A DNA stretch of 63,567 bases, counting the filler, from Reclinomonas americana ATCC 50394 (taxonomy: Eukaryota), in the NCBI GenBank assembly GCA_048213135.1. It is 7 parts of 4 records of this genome, joined end to end, with 100 filler letters (N's around TTAATTAATTAA, not from the genome) between each part and the next. Parts side by side here need not be neighbours in the genome. Positions count along the whole stretch, not along the records: positions 1 to 23,183 come from PS015768.1; positions 23,284 to 31,833 come from PS015768.1; 5 more parts are not named here. The stretch is one strand, 5' to 3'. The translations under genes were made by a program, and so were the position numbers. Within the stretch, counting starts at the first letter, position 1, and every line of letters starts with the position of its first letter. Of this stretch, positions 10,668 to 23,489 are shown in pieces. The notes beneath the pieces are model-generated. The model was not told the DNA's origin. It worked only from the letters and a program-made list of their open reading frames with translations, and ran no database searches.

Positions 10668-13542
10668 ATGGAAGTCGAAGACGGGCGCAGCGAGGGTTCC
10701 TCTTCCAGCGGACGCGCCGCCTCAGGTGCATCCGGCTCCGGCGCCAACTTGGTGTTTGGTCGCGAGGTCCGCACACACAAGTGGACGCACACACACTTCA
10801 CTCTCTCACATATACATGCATGCATGCATGCTTGCAGGTGGCTTCAGGCACCGCTGGCAATCTGCGAGAGACATACGGGCGTTTGAACAATGCCGGAAGT
10901 GTGTTTGGTGTGGTGTCGGTGCCAGAGACGCAGAATTCGGGTGCGTGCACACATGACCTGCACATGCCCACACGCGCTCTCTCTCTCACCCTGTTGCTTA
11001 CTCTGTGTGTGTGCCCGTGTGCCTCTGTCTATGTCTCTGTGTGTGTCTCTGTGTAGACGTGTTCTCGGAGAGTTCCGAGTGGGCGCATTGCTTTGTGGGA
11101 CGATGCGAGACGCGCACTGAGGACTTGGAGAGCGATGCAGAGCTCACGCGACATGCGGCGCAGGATCGGCTGCTGGCCGAGCTGGCGTGGATCACTCACT
11201 TGTCCATCAATGCGGCCTTGTTGCCGGCGCCCACTGCTGCGGTGAGCCACACTGACTGACTGACACCTCCTTCTTCTCCTCCATGCGCTCACTCTCTGAC
11301 TTGCAGTCGGGCGACTATGCTCATGTCGTGTCTCGTGCTCTGCATTCGTCGTATTACCTGTCGCTGTGGCTGCGAGTGCCGCTGACGGCACCCAATGTTG
11401 CGGTGTTGTTGTTGTTGTTGTTGTGGCGCTTCTCCCTTTCTCGGTCTCACTCGCGGTGACTGGCAGGGTGAGGACACTTGGCGATGGTGGAACAAGTTCC
11501 GCTCTCTGTGCGAGCATCACCAGCAGCTGGGCGTGGGTGCGTGTGTGTCTTGCTGCAATGTTTTCCTGACGTGTTCTGCTGGCTCATGTTGTACGCAGCG
11601 CTGCAACTCACCGACGATCTGCCGTCTGACGAGAGCATTGGGCGGTGGCTGGGCGAGCCCGTTCGTGCTCTGTTCATTCCTACCACGGTGTTCCTGACGA
11701 ACCGCAACGGGTACCCGGTGCTCAGCCAACGACACCGCGCCGTCGTCGCGCGCTTCTTCCGCGTTGAGTGTTATGTCCCGTTGAAGCGAGCCAAATTGTG
11801 CTCGTCGACTTATTCGTGCACGCGCTGCAGTACAATGTGCAATACGTGCTCACTGGTGCGTCCGGCCACCCCGAGGGCGACTCGGCGTACCTGTCGTACA
11901 TCAAGTTCCTGCGTTCCAAAGCAGCCGAGGACAGCGACAAGGACCGATTCGAGTCGCCGTACTACGATTACCTGCAAGCACCGCTGCAGCCGCTGATGGA
12001 CAACCTCGAGAACTCCACATACGAGACGTTTGAGCGCGACCCCGTCAAGTACCGGCAGTACGAGGAGGTTAGCTTGCATCTCTCTCTCACACGTGTACTC
12101 TCGCTCTCTCCCTTCCCCCTCTCCGCATTCCCCTCTCTCTTCCTTCCTCCTCGTCCCCTCCCTTCCTCCCTTCCTCCCTTCCCTCCCTTCCCCTCCCTTC
12201 CCCTCCCTTCCCCTCCCTTCCCCTCCCTTCCCCTCCCTTCCCCTCCCTTCCCCTCCCTTCCCCTCCCTTCCCCTCCCTTCCCCTCCCTTCCCCTCCCTTC
12301 TCCTCCCTTCCCCCTCCCTTTCCCTCCCTTTCTCTTCCTTCCCCTGTGTTCCCTTTTTCCTGGTGACTGACTGCCTCCCTCTGCTTCTTGCTTGCTTCCA
12401 GGCCGTGTACCAGGCGCTGTGCGACCGACCCACCGATCGCAGCTACGTGGTGATGGTGCTGGGTGCCGGTCGTGGCCCGCTGGTACGGTGCTCGTTGCGC
12501 GCAGCTGAGCGCTCCGGTCGCAACATTCGAGTGTGGGCCGTCGAGAAGAACCCTAACGCCGTCATCACACTACACAATCTGAAGCGACGTGAGCACTGGA
12601 GCGACGACCTCGTGCAGGTGGTGTCGGCCGACATGCGTCAATGGGAGGCGCCGGAGAAGGCCGACATTATTGTGTCGGAGCTGCTGGGCTCGTTTGGCGA
12701 CAATGAGCTGTCACCCGAGTGCCTGGACGGCGCGCAGCGCTTCCTGGCCGACGATGGCATCTCCATCCCGTGTGACTACATTTCGTATCTGGCACCGCTG
12801 CAGTCGGCCAAGTTGTACAACGAGGTGAGTGACTGCTGCTGCTGTTGTTGATGGTGAGGGAAAGGGGTGTATTTGTTGCTGATGCGAATCACTTGGTTCG
12901 GCAGGTCAAGTCGTTTGGTGATCTGAAGCATTTTGAGACGCCGTATGTGGTGAAGCAGCACGCGGTCGCCCTGCTCGGCACCCCGCAGCAATGTTTTGTG
13001 TTTGTGCATCCGAACCCACATTTGGCTGGCGGCGACAAGTCGCTCGACCTGGGCATCGATCCGGCCACGTATCCGGCCGGCAACGCCCGCTCCATCACCC
13101 TCAAGTTCACGGCGCGCGAGAACGGAATCGTTCACGGCCTCGCCGGCTACTTCCAATCTAGACTGTACAAGAATGTGTTTATCAGTTGCGCGCTGCGACC
13201 ACCCTACTCCTGGCATCATTGATCGCACGACTCTTACGTTGGGCATGTGTGTACCAGGCATTCGTCCGGAGACGTTTTCCGAGGGCATGTTCAGCTGGTT
13301 CGAGTACTTGTTCCCGCTGCGGGTGTGTGTATGACGAGGCGATGTGGTGCGTGCATGCTCTTATGTTGACGTTTCTCTGCTGCGCACAGATCCCCGTGCA
13401 AGTCGAGGCCGGACAGGAGATTGTCGTGCACATGTGGCGCAATGTGACGGCACAAAAAGTGTGGTACGAGTGGACCGTGTCGGAGCCGTCGGCAGTACCC
13501 ATCCACAATCCCAATGCGCGCTCCTACTTTATCGGACTCTGA
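10668..13542 (+). CDS. PRMT5: Protein arginine N-methyltransferase 5
   Basis: [109 protein letters not shown]-terminal [13 protein letters not shown]. Confidence 0.97.
12105..12360 (+). repeat. Polypyrimidine minisatellite (CCCTCCCTTC)n inside a PRMT5 intron
   Basis: About 12 perfect 10-bp units at 12181-12300 with degenerate CT flanks. Confidence 0.95.
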
Positions 13543-13667
13543 GCTGGAGAGAATAGGGGGATGTTAGAGATCACATAAACAGAGAAGCCCAAGTGGGGGG
13601 AAGAAGTAATACATCGTCATCGACGTCGACCGTGTGTCCCACCACCATCACTTTTTCGTCGTTGTAA

Positions 13668-16600
13668 ATGGACGACAGCGTGCTCCTCGCACTGCAGGAG
13701 CTCTCGTCGCCGGTGCTGGCGGGTGCACGACGTGCCGAACTCACCGAGTACCTGCAATCGGTGTCGCGCACACCAGGTGCCGCACGCGCCGCACTCGTCT
13801 TGCTCGACCAGCTAAGCGCAGATCAACATCACCTCGCACACAGTGGTGACGACGATGAATCGCGCTCAGTGGCGGCCATTGTTGCCTCCATGTCCATGCA
13901 AGAACGCATGCAGGTTCTCTCTTTCACACTGTGTGTGCGCGTCGACATCGAGTTGTCCTCACTCGACCTCGACCAGGCGCAATGGTTCTGCTGCACGGCG
14001 ATCGAGGAGGCGGTGTTGGCGCTGGGTGTCACCGACATGGATGAGATGTGTGCATTGCGCGATGAGGTCGCCACTCGCGCACTGGCCGCGTTCTCTTGTG
14101 ATCCGGGACCTGGCGGTGGCTTTGTCGGTCGCAAGCTGTGTCGCGTGTGGGCGCTGAGTAGCCGCTCCGTCGCGCTCATGCGCATGACCACTGTATCGCC
14201 AGTGTCGCCGCTGTCGCCGGCTAGTGGGAGCAGTATGTCGCGAGGCGGAGGTGGTGGGTTGGGATCGGTCGCCAACGCTGCTGCGGAGCTGGTCGAGTCG
14301 GTGGTGTGGGCCATGAAGGACGATGGATCGCCGGCTGCGTTGGCGTGCTGTCTGTGCGTGTTGCGGTCGTTGTCGGACGAGTGGATCGCGGCAGCGGAGA
14401 CCACGTGCACCACTCTGCAACGAAACGTGCTGCGCGCGCAGCTGCTCGACCAAGTGCCGCGCATTTTTGGTGTGTTCTCTCTCTCTCTCTCTCTGCTTCA
14501 TCGCGTGGTGGTGGTGTTCATGTGTTTTGTGTGTGTAGACATCTTTCGACACGTGCTCTCCATGGCTGCGAGTGACGCTGCCGACGCGACGTGGATCGAC
14601 CGAGCCGGCGATACGCTCGGTTTGCTGTCGCTTCTTTCTCTCGCTGCACTCCCTCTTCGTTGGGTGCTCATCGCACGCGCACAGAGTCGCTCATTGCCTA
14701 CGTATCGTGGGTGCCGCTGAACGACACGGTCGATCTGTCGTTGCTCATGGCTCTCGATCGCTTCCTGCTGGTGAGAGTGCACAAGCCCCTCTCGTGAGTT
14801 GCTAGTGAAACTGATCTATATATTTGGCCACAGTGCCAAGACGCACGCGCCTGCGAGACGTGCATCGAGTGCATGACGGAGTTGCTCAGCAAGCACTTTG
14901 TGCCGCCCACGTTTGCCGATTTCGTGCAGCGCATGTTTGCCGTGCTGCTCGACGCCATGCAGAGAATCGTCGTGCCGCCAGTCGGTGGGCGAAGCCGGCG
15001 ACGATTTGGTGGCCGCAAGCTGCGCGGCGACGGTGACGAGGAGTTTGAGGACGACGACGATGGTGATGAGGGGGAAGAGGATGAGGACGACGATGACGAT
15101 GGCGATGGTGGAGATCTTGCAAATCGACAATTGCCTGTCCACGGAGTGTTGCGTGCCTTGGCGTGGTTCGAGGAGAGACAACTCGCACATGCTGGGGGGC
15201 TCATTCCTGCATGGCACCACAGGTGTGGTGAGCGGTTTCCATTCCTGCTGCGCATGTTCGTGGAACGACACTGGCACCGGCTGCACAATTGTCGCGACAC
15301 GGACGCGGCTACGTTTCTCGACGCACTGTTGCAATGCACGTGCGTTCACATGCAGTCGCACTTGGCCAGCAACATGGAGGTCATCAGCGAGTACGTGCAA
15401 GTGTGGGTGGCTGTTGCAGAACAGGTGCAACGGTTACGCTCCACAGACTCGGTAGTTGCTCGAGCAGCCAGCGAGTCGCCGCAGCTGGCCGCCGCAGTTG
15501 ACGAGACTCTTCAACGTGCATTCCAGCAGGTGTGGATTTGCTGCCTTGTTTTCTTACTGCCGACTGCGTGTTCACACGAGGCGTTCTGTCCGTATGTCGC
15601 AGCTGATTGCCAGCGTGCTACCGAGCGTGAATCGTGCCGTGCTGCGCCTCGACGAAACTTTTGTGGACGAGTCTGATGGTCTCACGGATCGTTCGCGGTA
15701 CCGTGAGCGAGTCGGCGAGGCCGTTGCCGAGCTGGCAGCGATTGCGTCGACAGAGGTGTGTGTGTGCATCGCGCGTGTATGATACTGTGATGCCTCTGTT
15801 TTTTAAGTGTGAGTGTGACCAGGTGCTGGAGATGGCGTGCGGTCAGTTTGCCACCATTCTCGACCGAGTATCGTCACTGCCAGAGTTCTCCAATGTTGTG
15901 TGTGCTCGTCAGAGTTGCTCATTGACCGCACACACTTTCACTGACCTATGTATGGTCGCGTAGGCCACGCATGCCCTCATGCTGGAAGACGCCGTGGCGG
16001 TGCTGCAGCTGCAATCGCACTTGTGTGCCGTGTTCTCGAGGTGACACACGTGCACAAAGCGTACGCGCAAATCGGTTGATTGAATAACCACAGCTTGTCT
16101 GTGTGCGCAGCGACGCTCTGTTCGAGACGACCGCCGGCTATGTGGCCAACATGCTCCACACGAGTCTCATTCTGTGTGCCCGAGCCGTGGAGGACCCGAC
16201 GGCCGTGTGGTCGTCAGTTCACTTGGCCAACGTGTGCCAGCAGGTTTCCATTGTCGACTCGCCAGTGTTGCTTTTCTCGCAGTCCACTTACATGTATTGT
16301 CATGCAGGGACTCATCATGGCCTGGCAATATGCCGAATGGGCTCGTCGGTGGTCCTCTGGTCTCGCCGCAGACAGCGGTTACGTGCATCCTTGCACCCAC
16401 ACAACTTCTGAACGAATTCTCACCGATTGGCGTAGACTCGCAACAATCCATTGGCGCGCTAGCCAACATGGTGCTCAACGTGGCCGCCTCGCTCGCTCTG
16501 TGTGTGCTGCCGGCAAACCCGGAGCGTGGAGATGATGGACCTGGTGTGTGTCTGTGTCTGTGTGTGCATGTGATGTGTTCAGACCGACACTGAATCGATA

Positions 16601-18669
16601 CTGCCTCCACAGTAATGGACGACACGCACCCTCTGATATCTCGGATTCTGGATCGAGCTGTCGCCGTCTGTTGTCCGTCGGCTTCCTAGAATTTGATTCT
16701 TCTTTCCCCTGACACCCATGCACGATGCAGGCGGCGGAGGCCCTGTGCAAGGGTGGCGGTGTGCTGGAGCAATGCACGGTGCACACTGACGGATACCGAC
16801 GCTTGCTGTCCATGGTTCAAGCGGAGAACATGTGTGGCGTGTCAATGACAACTGCCACCACTGGCCGCTACCGACGTCTCTTCACTGCCATTGTGCATCC
16901 GCTGTTCTCCTCCAAGTCAGCGGTACGTCGTTGTTTCGTGGTGTGGTGATTGCGTATGATGCCGCCTCAAATGGGGATTGTTGGCTCGTAGGAGCATCAC
17001 GACATGTTTCGCTCGCTGGCCTCGCAGGTCCTCACCGTCGTCACCGACTGGTGTCGGTTTTCGGCATTTGTCGAAAGTGGTGCGTGTGTTGTTGCTCTTC
17101 TGCTCTCTGTTCGAGGAAGCAAACTCGTGGGGCTGTGCAGGCGATCCTGGGCAGGTGGAGACGGCGGCGTTTGTCAACATCATGGCGTGTGTCGAATCGG
17201 TGTGTGCCAGTGTGCAGAGCGCCAGTGCTAGCGGTCGACAGTTGGTGTTTGAGGCCTTGGTGGCGCCACTGGTTGATGCGTTGAGGTTACTGCACGTGCT
17301 GCGGGCGGTCTCCGCGTCGCTCGGTGCGTGCGCCTGTCGATCGATACTCCGCCTGCTGGACCCTTGCTCACCCTTCACTGTGGCAGAGCGCGCCGAGAAC
17401 GGAGTGGATGTGGTGGGCGAGCTCGTCAAGTTCCTCGTGGTGGTGGCACAGTACTTTTCACGACAAGTAGGCGCGCCGTTTGTGGAGGAGTGTGTACGGT
17501 GCGTTCGCACGCATGTGAAGCACATGCATTTCTCTCGATTGTGCGTCTCACTCGGCGCAGGTTGTTGCTGAGCATGGTCAGCGAGATTGGTGTGAAAGAC
17601 GACGCAATGGCGTGTGCCGTGCGAGACAAGCTCATGCAACAGTTGCGAGACGCCTTTTCTGCGCTCGCTCTCTCCCTACCACCACTGTGCACTCATCTCT
17701 CCGTCGTAGCGTGCTGCGGCTGCTGATTTTCGTGGTCGACGAACCCACCAGCTTGTTCCGCTCGCTGTACGATGACATTTTGGTGGTGGTGCTGACCGCG
17801 CTGTATCCGATGATTTCGGCGGTCAGTCCCCTTTTCTTGCTCTGCCTCGGGTGGTTGCAAGCATTCCTCACTCGACTGCGTGTGTGTGCAGGGAGTGTGG
17901 TCGGATAATGTGCAGGGTGTGTACACTCTAATCGTGTCGTTTCTGCAAAACCGCTGGTCGTACTTTTTTGAGACCTCCCTGGCCGCGCACGCTGTCGGTC
18001 TGTGGCACTTCCCACTCCATATGTAGGGTTTATGCTCTGCGACACTCACGCAACGCAAACAGATCACGGGAGTGTGGTGGAGCAGCACTTGCGCAGTCCG
18101 GCGGTGGCCGAGCAGTTGTCGACAGCCATCCAGACGCTGCTGACGGTGGTCGATCCCGCGTGTAACGATGTGGATTTGTTTCGGTGAGGCATCTTTGGTT
18201 TTGCTTTGCTACGCGGAAGTGAGCTAACTGTGTGTGCAGGCTGGTGGTGGAGGGTCTTGCCACGCTCGGTCGCGTGCACAAGCTGTTTGTGCGCGAGTTT
18301 TTCGTGTCGAGCGTGTTGCGGTTGCAGACACTGTACGCCCTGTTGCGCGTGCTGGTGTTCCGCGTTGGATCGGCAGTGGCTGGCCTCTTCCGCGACGAGG
18401 TGCTGGCGCTGGTGTACCAGATCGCCTCACAGGACTGGGAGGCATTCTATCCGGGCCTGTTGACGGAGCTGCTGGGCGCGCTGCAGCGCGACTCCAACGG
18501 CTACCTGCTCGACGCCGACTGCCAGCACTTGATGTCGTGCCTCATGCCGACGAACCGTGAACCACCGCACGACATGCCGACGTTCACTCAGGGTCTGGCC
18601 ATGCTCGTCGACGATGCGCATGTGATGCTCAGCAGCAGAAGTGCCGCCGCAATCGACTCCGCCAGCTAG
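13668..18669 (+). CDS. XPO6: Exportin-6-like karyopherin (actin/profilin exporter family), multi-exon
   Basis: Segments resembling XPO6 as recalled: YVSWVPL, CIECMTELLSKHFVPPTFADFVQRMF, LLRMFVERHWHRL, HKLF..LLRVLV..LFRDEVLALVYQIASQDWEAFY, DMPTFTQGLAMLVDDAH; helical HEAT-like throughout. Confidence 0.8.
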
Positions 18670-18816
18670 ATGGTGGTGCCCATAATAGTCATAATGCATA
18701 CACTGATAGAAGGGGAAGGATGGACGAAGGCGAAGGGAAGTCAGTCCTGCCGACGTTGTTTCTTCGTCCATTGTTTCTCCGCACGAGAATGTCAAACCTC
18801 ACACCACTGCGTGTGG

Positions 18817-19377
18817 CACAGCGCAAGGCGTACTTGGAGGTGAGGCACTGTGACTGAATGGGAGAGAGAGGAGAGGTGGAGAGGGAGAGCGAGAGAAACG
18901 CGTCATTGTTTTGTTCAGGAAGTGAGAGCCGCCACGTCCACTCACGATCATCATCGTCATCGTCATCATCACAGTCGCTGTTGGAAAAGGCATCGCCGGC
19001 ATCTCGCTTGGCGCACGGGTGAGTGACGGAGAGTGAGAAGGCGTGCACTCTCCACGTACTCTATCTCTCTCACGCGCACACCACATTCATAGGAAGCCGC
19101 TGCAGACACCCACACCGCCTCCGGGTGCGTCGAGCTCCGGTCGCCGCCGTCGCTCACCACCAGCGTCCTCACCGTCGGCGATGAAGGCAAACAAAGGTGT
19201 GTGTGTGTGAGAGAGAGAGAGGGAGTGTGTGTTGGGCGTTGACTGATTTCGTGCTGCGGGGATTACAGCGGCACAGACCGATGATCGTGATGCTGGAGGT
19301 GCGTGCACTTTGGAAAACGAGAGAGAAGAGAGAGAGAGAGAGAGAAACAGTGAGTGAGTGAGAGCTCACCTCGGCAT
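18817..19377 (-). CDS. Possible small spliced hypothetical gene
   Basis: ATGCCGAG|GTGAG at 19377 and exon-like blocks (TLVVSDGGDRSSTHPEAVWV; SDCDDDDDDDDREWTWRL) between intron-like microsatellite tracts; splicing not fully resolved. Confidence 0.3.
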
Positions 19378-19442
19378 TGTCGCTTTGCAGCTACGGGATC
19401 GGGCAGTAGCAGTGCTCGTGGTGCAAACGCAGGCCTCAGTCA

Positions 19443-22366
19443 ATGTGCGTCCATGGTATACGTTGTTATCATCAGCGTCGTCGTCGTCAGACTGAGGAGA
19501 ATGTGTATTCGTGTGCAGCGCTGCCGGTCATGTCGGCGGGCTCGAGTGACATGGATGATCGTGGAACGCCGAAATCGGCCACACGCAGCAGCACTGGCAC
19601 AGGTGGTGACAACACCGTCTGGAATCGGAGCATGTATGGCACCACGTACACTCGCAACTTTGCGCCTCCAAAGCGTATGGGTGCGTGTCTTCGTTGATTT
19701 TATTCCGAGCGACGCACACACACTCACCGCGCTGCGCACACAGACAAGCCTGCCAGTCGGTATCCGTTCATGTCGGTGGCCGGCAAAGACCCGAAGGACC
19801 TCGACTCGAGTCCTTTTCTCCTCGACATGAGCATGCGTCCGGGTTGCGTTCCTTCCCTCTCATTGCGCGCACCGCCCTCGCACACGCGCTGACGAGCTCG
19901 GTGTGATCCTGCACGCACAGGCACACCGCAGGTCCCTGAGCTGCCACCGCTTCGTGGACCGCTGCTCAATGCGCGCTTCGCCAAGCGTGGTCACATTGCA
20001 CCGCCCACCTACGACTCGTCGTGGTCGCCGACTTCGGAAAGCAGATCGGCTCGAGTGCGACCAGCCGCTCCGCCGACGCAGCCACCGCGACCAGGCTCGC
20101 AGACTGCTCGTGACCCGTCACCCGTTACCCGACTCACCAAGTCGCTGCGCGAGGCCGGTGTCATGGTCGTCAGGTGAGGAGTCGATCACACAAAATGCTG
20201 GTGATCGTGAACCTCACCATTGGTGCATGGACACAGACGAGACTGGTCGCCAGTGTTCAAACAACTGTAACGTTTTTCCACCTCCACTTCCCTGCGGGCA
20301 CTTTGCCTCGCAAAAAAATCATCCTGCTGTGTACAACAAATGAACTCAGCCTGCTCAGCAGCCAAATATCGAAAGAATTGCGCGCCAAAGTAACGGACAC
20401 TCGCGATTCTTCATCATTGTGTGAGCAAAAGTGTGTGCAGCCATGTTGGCCGACCCAACGCAGGTACGTGTGAGGTCTCACAGGAGCGCTTGCGACCACA
20501 CAGACACTGAGTCGCGTTGCAGGACAACGCACCGCCACTACTCGTCGAACATCGATCGTCACCTCCAGCAGGTGTGCAACACATACACACATACACACAA
20601 CACGACTGTGATAGTATGGTGTGCTCACACATGAATCAACTCGCTCTGCGAATGTGATAGTGCTGGACGACTCGTGTGAGCCACCTGAGGAGCACGATGG
20701 AGAGTTGCTGTTGATCAAGTCCTCCGCGATTAGCGACGGCGACGATGAGGGCAAGAGACCGCTGGCACCGCCATCACTGCCACCCTCATCGTCGCCACAA
20801 CAGCCACTTTCTCCCGTGCCAGTGGTTGTCGTGGTCGGCGAGAAGAGCGCGGCAATCGCAGCTGACGACGATGGTGAGGTGGGGGCGCGCGTAGTGTTGG
20901 CACCCATGCCTGCGGCCCACATTGCGCCGACCGCGGCCATGTCGCTGCCGTCGGCAGTGGATCAGCGTGCCGTGTGCCATTTGCCCAGGCCCGCCACATG
21001 GTGCTTCCCAGCCACTACCGAGTGCGTGCGGCAGATTGGCCAGTCTTTGCGTGACTCTGGCGAGCTGGCAGGTACGACGCACCATTGGTGTCACGTGCGC
21101 CCGCTCACGTGTCTTCTCTGTTTTCCCTCACTCTGAGAAACAAAAAACACATGTGTAGGCACAGCGGGGGCACTGCTGGTGCTGGAGGGCCATCCAGGAA
21201 GCGGCAAGACCAACACTGTGTGCGAACTGGTGATGCACCTACAGAGGGTAGAAGGACTTTGTGGGCCTACACTGTACGTGGACATGGGCGGTGATCGACC
21301 GGATTCCGATCGGCCTTCAGTGCGTCCGTGGTGATCGATCAGTCGCCAAGAGAAGCACTTCACTTACAAAACCGTGCGACACAGGAGTTCGCCGTCATGT
21401 CCACTCTACTGCTGCAGGCCGACTGGCGTACTGCTGTTGCAGTGGAGTCGACTCGTGCAGGGCGTCCGTGCACTGCGGCGGCGATCAAGAAGGAACTGTA
21501 TGCGGTCTTGGGCGCCTCCACTGCACCAGGTCGCTGCATTGTGGTGCTGGAGAATGCGGTTGATGTGGATGCACTGATTGGCATGCTACCGGATGCGGAG
21601 GAGTCTGGCGACACGGTGACTTCAGCCACCTTCCGCCCGCTTGTGATTGTCACCAGTCGACGGAGAATCACCAGTGACCTGGAGGTCAAGTATCGTGCAC
21701 TGCCGCTGTTCATGTGGCGCATGTCGGAGCTGTCGGTGTGGGACTGCACGGCCTACTGCAAGCACATTTCGTCGGTGTTGCACAACGACACCAGCGACTC
21801 GATGCCATCACGCCTGCTTCCACTGATGTCCATCTCGAGCATGCGCAGACCATTTCGTCTGGCAGCATCGATCAAGTTGCGTCTGCACTACCGATCTCCT
21901 TCTTCATCACTGTCGCTGAAAGTGGGATGCGATCGTAAAACACAGGGCGGCACATTCATGGCTGCAGACACACACCACCCTCACTCGCGCCCAAATTCGC
22001 GGCTTCAGCAACGACAGCAGTACGGAATTCGTGGCGACCGTCGTGCACTCGCTGTCAGCAGTCGAGCGCCGCCTCCTGCTGGTGCTGGCCGCTTGCGATG
22101 CGTGGCCGTCCATCTCCTATCGCGTCCTCAAGTACCTGGCCGCCGACGTGGCAGATCCACTTGCGCTGACCGATTGCTCCAGGCAAGTGCATGTCGTTCA
22201 CCACTTGTGTGTCGCGCGTTGAAGCTCACTGCGATGCTGCAGTTCGGCTGCGCCACATCCACTTTCGGGACCACTGTGCGACGACACCGTAGCGCAGCTC
22301 GTGGCCAGTCGTCTTGTCTCGCATTTTATGTGTGAGCACGACGCCGATGGCAGTGAGGCAACGCGG
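19443..22366 (+). CDS. Second STAND (NB-ARC-like) NTPase, multi-exon, truncated at a gap
   Basis: LPRPATWCFP; Walker A LLVLEGHPGSGKTNTV; Walker B RCIVVLENA; LVIVTSRRR; HSLSAVERRLLLVLA; winged-helix-like DDTVAQLVASRLVSHF..EATR cut by Ns. Start and N-terminal exons uncertain. Confidence 0.72.
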
Positions 22367-22386
22367 NNNNNNNNNNNNNNNNNNNN

Positions 22387-23183
22387 GACCGCAACTCCAC
22401 GCACTTGCGTGCCAACGGCTCGGCGTCTGTGTAGCGACCCAAGCCGAGCAGTGCCGTGGCCAGGTAGTGACGCGTCTCCATGGTGCGCAGTGCGCTCTCG
22501 CCAAGCGCTCGCTCCTCGGTCTGCAGGCATTGCCGCAGCTGGCGCTCCCACTCGGCGTACTTGCCCTGCGGCTTGTACGTGTCGGCCAGCGCGTGCCGCA
22601 TGTTCAGCAGTCGCCACTGAATGGGCGACAGGTGCGACGGCGACGACAGCGAAGCGTCTGCGGCCAGTGACGACGGTGACGAGGCTCGGGAAGGGGGTGA
22701 CGGCCCAAGCAGCTCCTCACTCTCGTCCACCATGTCGTCCGGAATGAGCAGACCGCTGATGGTGCCGGGGGGTGGTGTGGCCATGGCTCGCCGCGTGCTC
22801 GGCGTGACACCCCTTGCGCGCGGTGACGAGTCACCACCATCACTGCGTTCCACCGATGTGCTCCCGCCCGACAGCTCGAGAATTTGCAGCGCACGCCGAT
22901 AGTTGGTCTCGGCTTCCGAAAACAGGCCGAGAGCGCTGCATTCGCCCGCCAGCAGCTCCAGTGCTGTGGCGGTTGCCGGATGGCGCGGACCTCGCAATAA
23001 CTCTTGCACCTGCACGCTGAGCTGTAGCACACGGGCGGCCTCCAAGTGATCACCACAAAGGCGCGCCAGCTCGCCCCATCTCCTGAGCAGCCGCCACGGC
23101 GCATTCGGCACAGTCACCATGTCGCTGATCGACATTAGGGTGATGCGAGAGCCCTGCACCGAGCAATACATTAGGAACGAGTG
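22387..23183 (-). CDS. Kinesin-light-chain-type TPR repeat fragment (no start or stop)
   Basis: LRGPRHPATATALELLAG..LGLFSEAETNYRRALQILE; ERALGESALRTMETRHYLATALLGLGRYTDAEPLARKCVELR; flanked by gaps. Confidence 0.85.
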
Positions 23184-23283
23184 NNNNNNNNNNNNNNNNN
23201 NNNNNNNNNNNNNNNNNNNNNNNNNNNTTAATTAATTAANNNNNNNNNNNNNNNNNNNNNNNNNNNNNNNNNNNNNNNNNNNN
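23184..23283. other. Artificial contig linker N44-TTAATTAATTAA-N44 (six-frame stop); cores also at 31878, 41925, 54433, 59855 and 62168
   Basis: Identical 100-nt spacer occurs six times. Confidence 0.97.
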
Positions 23284-23489
23284 CACCCTCCAACGCGTCG
23301 CACAACGAGAGGTTTGCTGCAATCATTTCTTCCCCCCCTTACCTCTTTTCGCCAGTCTCTCACCATGCCGCATGTGTGCGTGCTCACAGAGGAGTGGGGG
23401 CGGCAGTGGAGAAGACGGAAACAGTGGAAGCGGCGGTGGCGGCAACTGCACGCTCTTGTAATGAAGACTGAGACACAGAAAACCCTTCC

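Noticed and set aside
23228..23239. TTAATTAATTAA recurring six times as a possible repeat or target site
   Set aside because: Always centred in 44+44 Ns; it is an artificial six-frame-stop linker.
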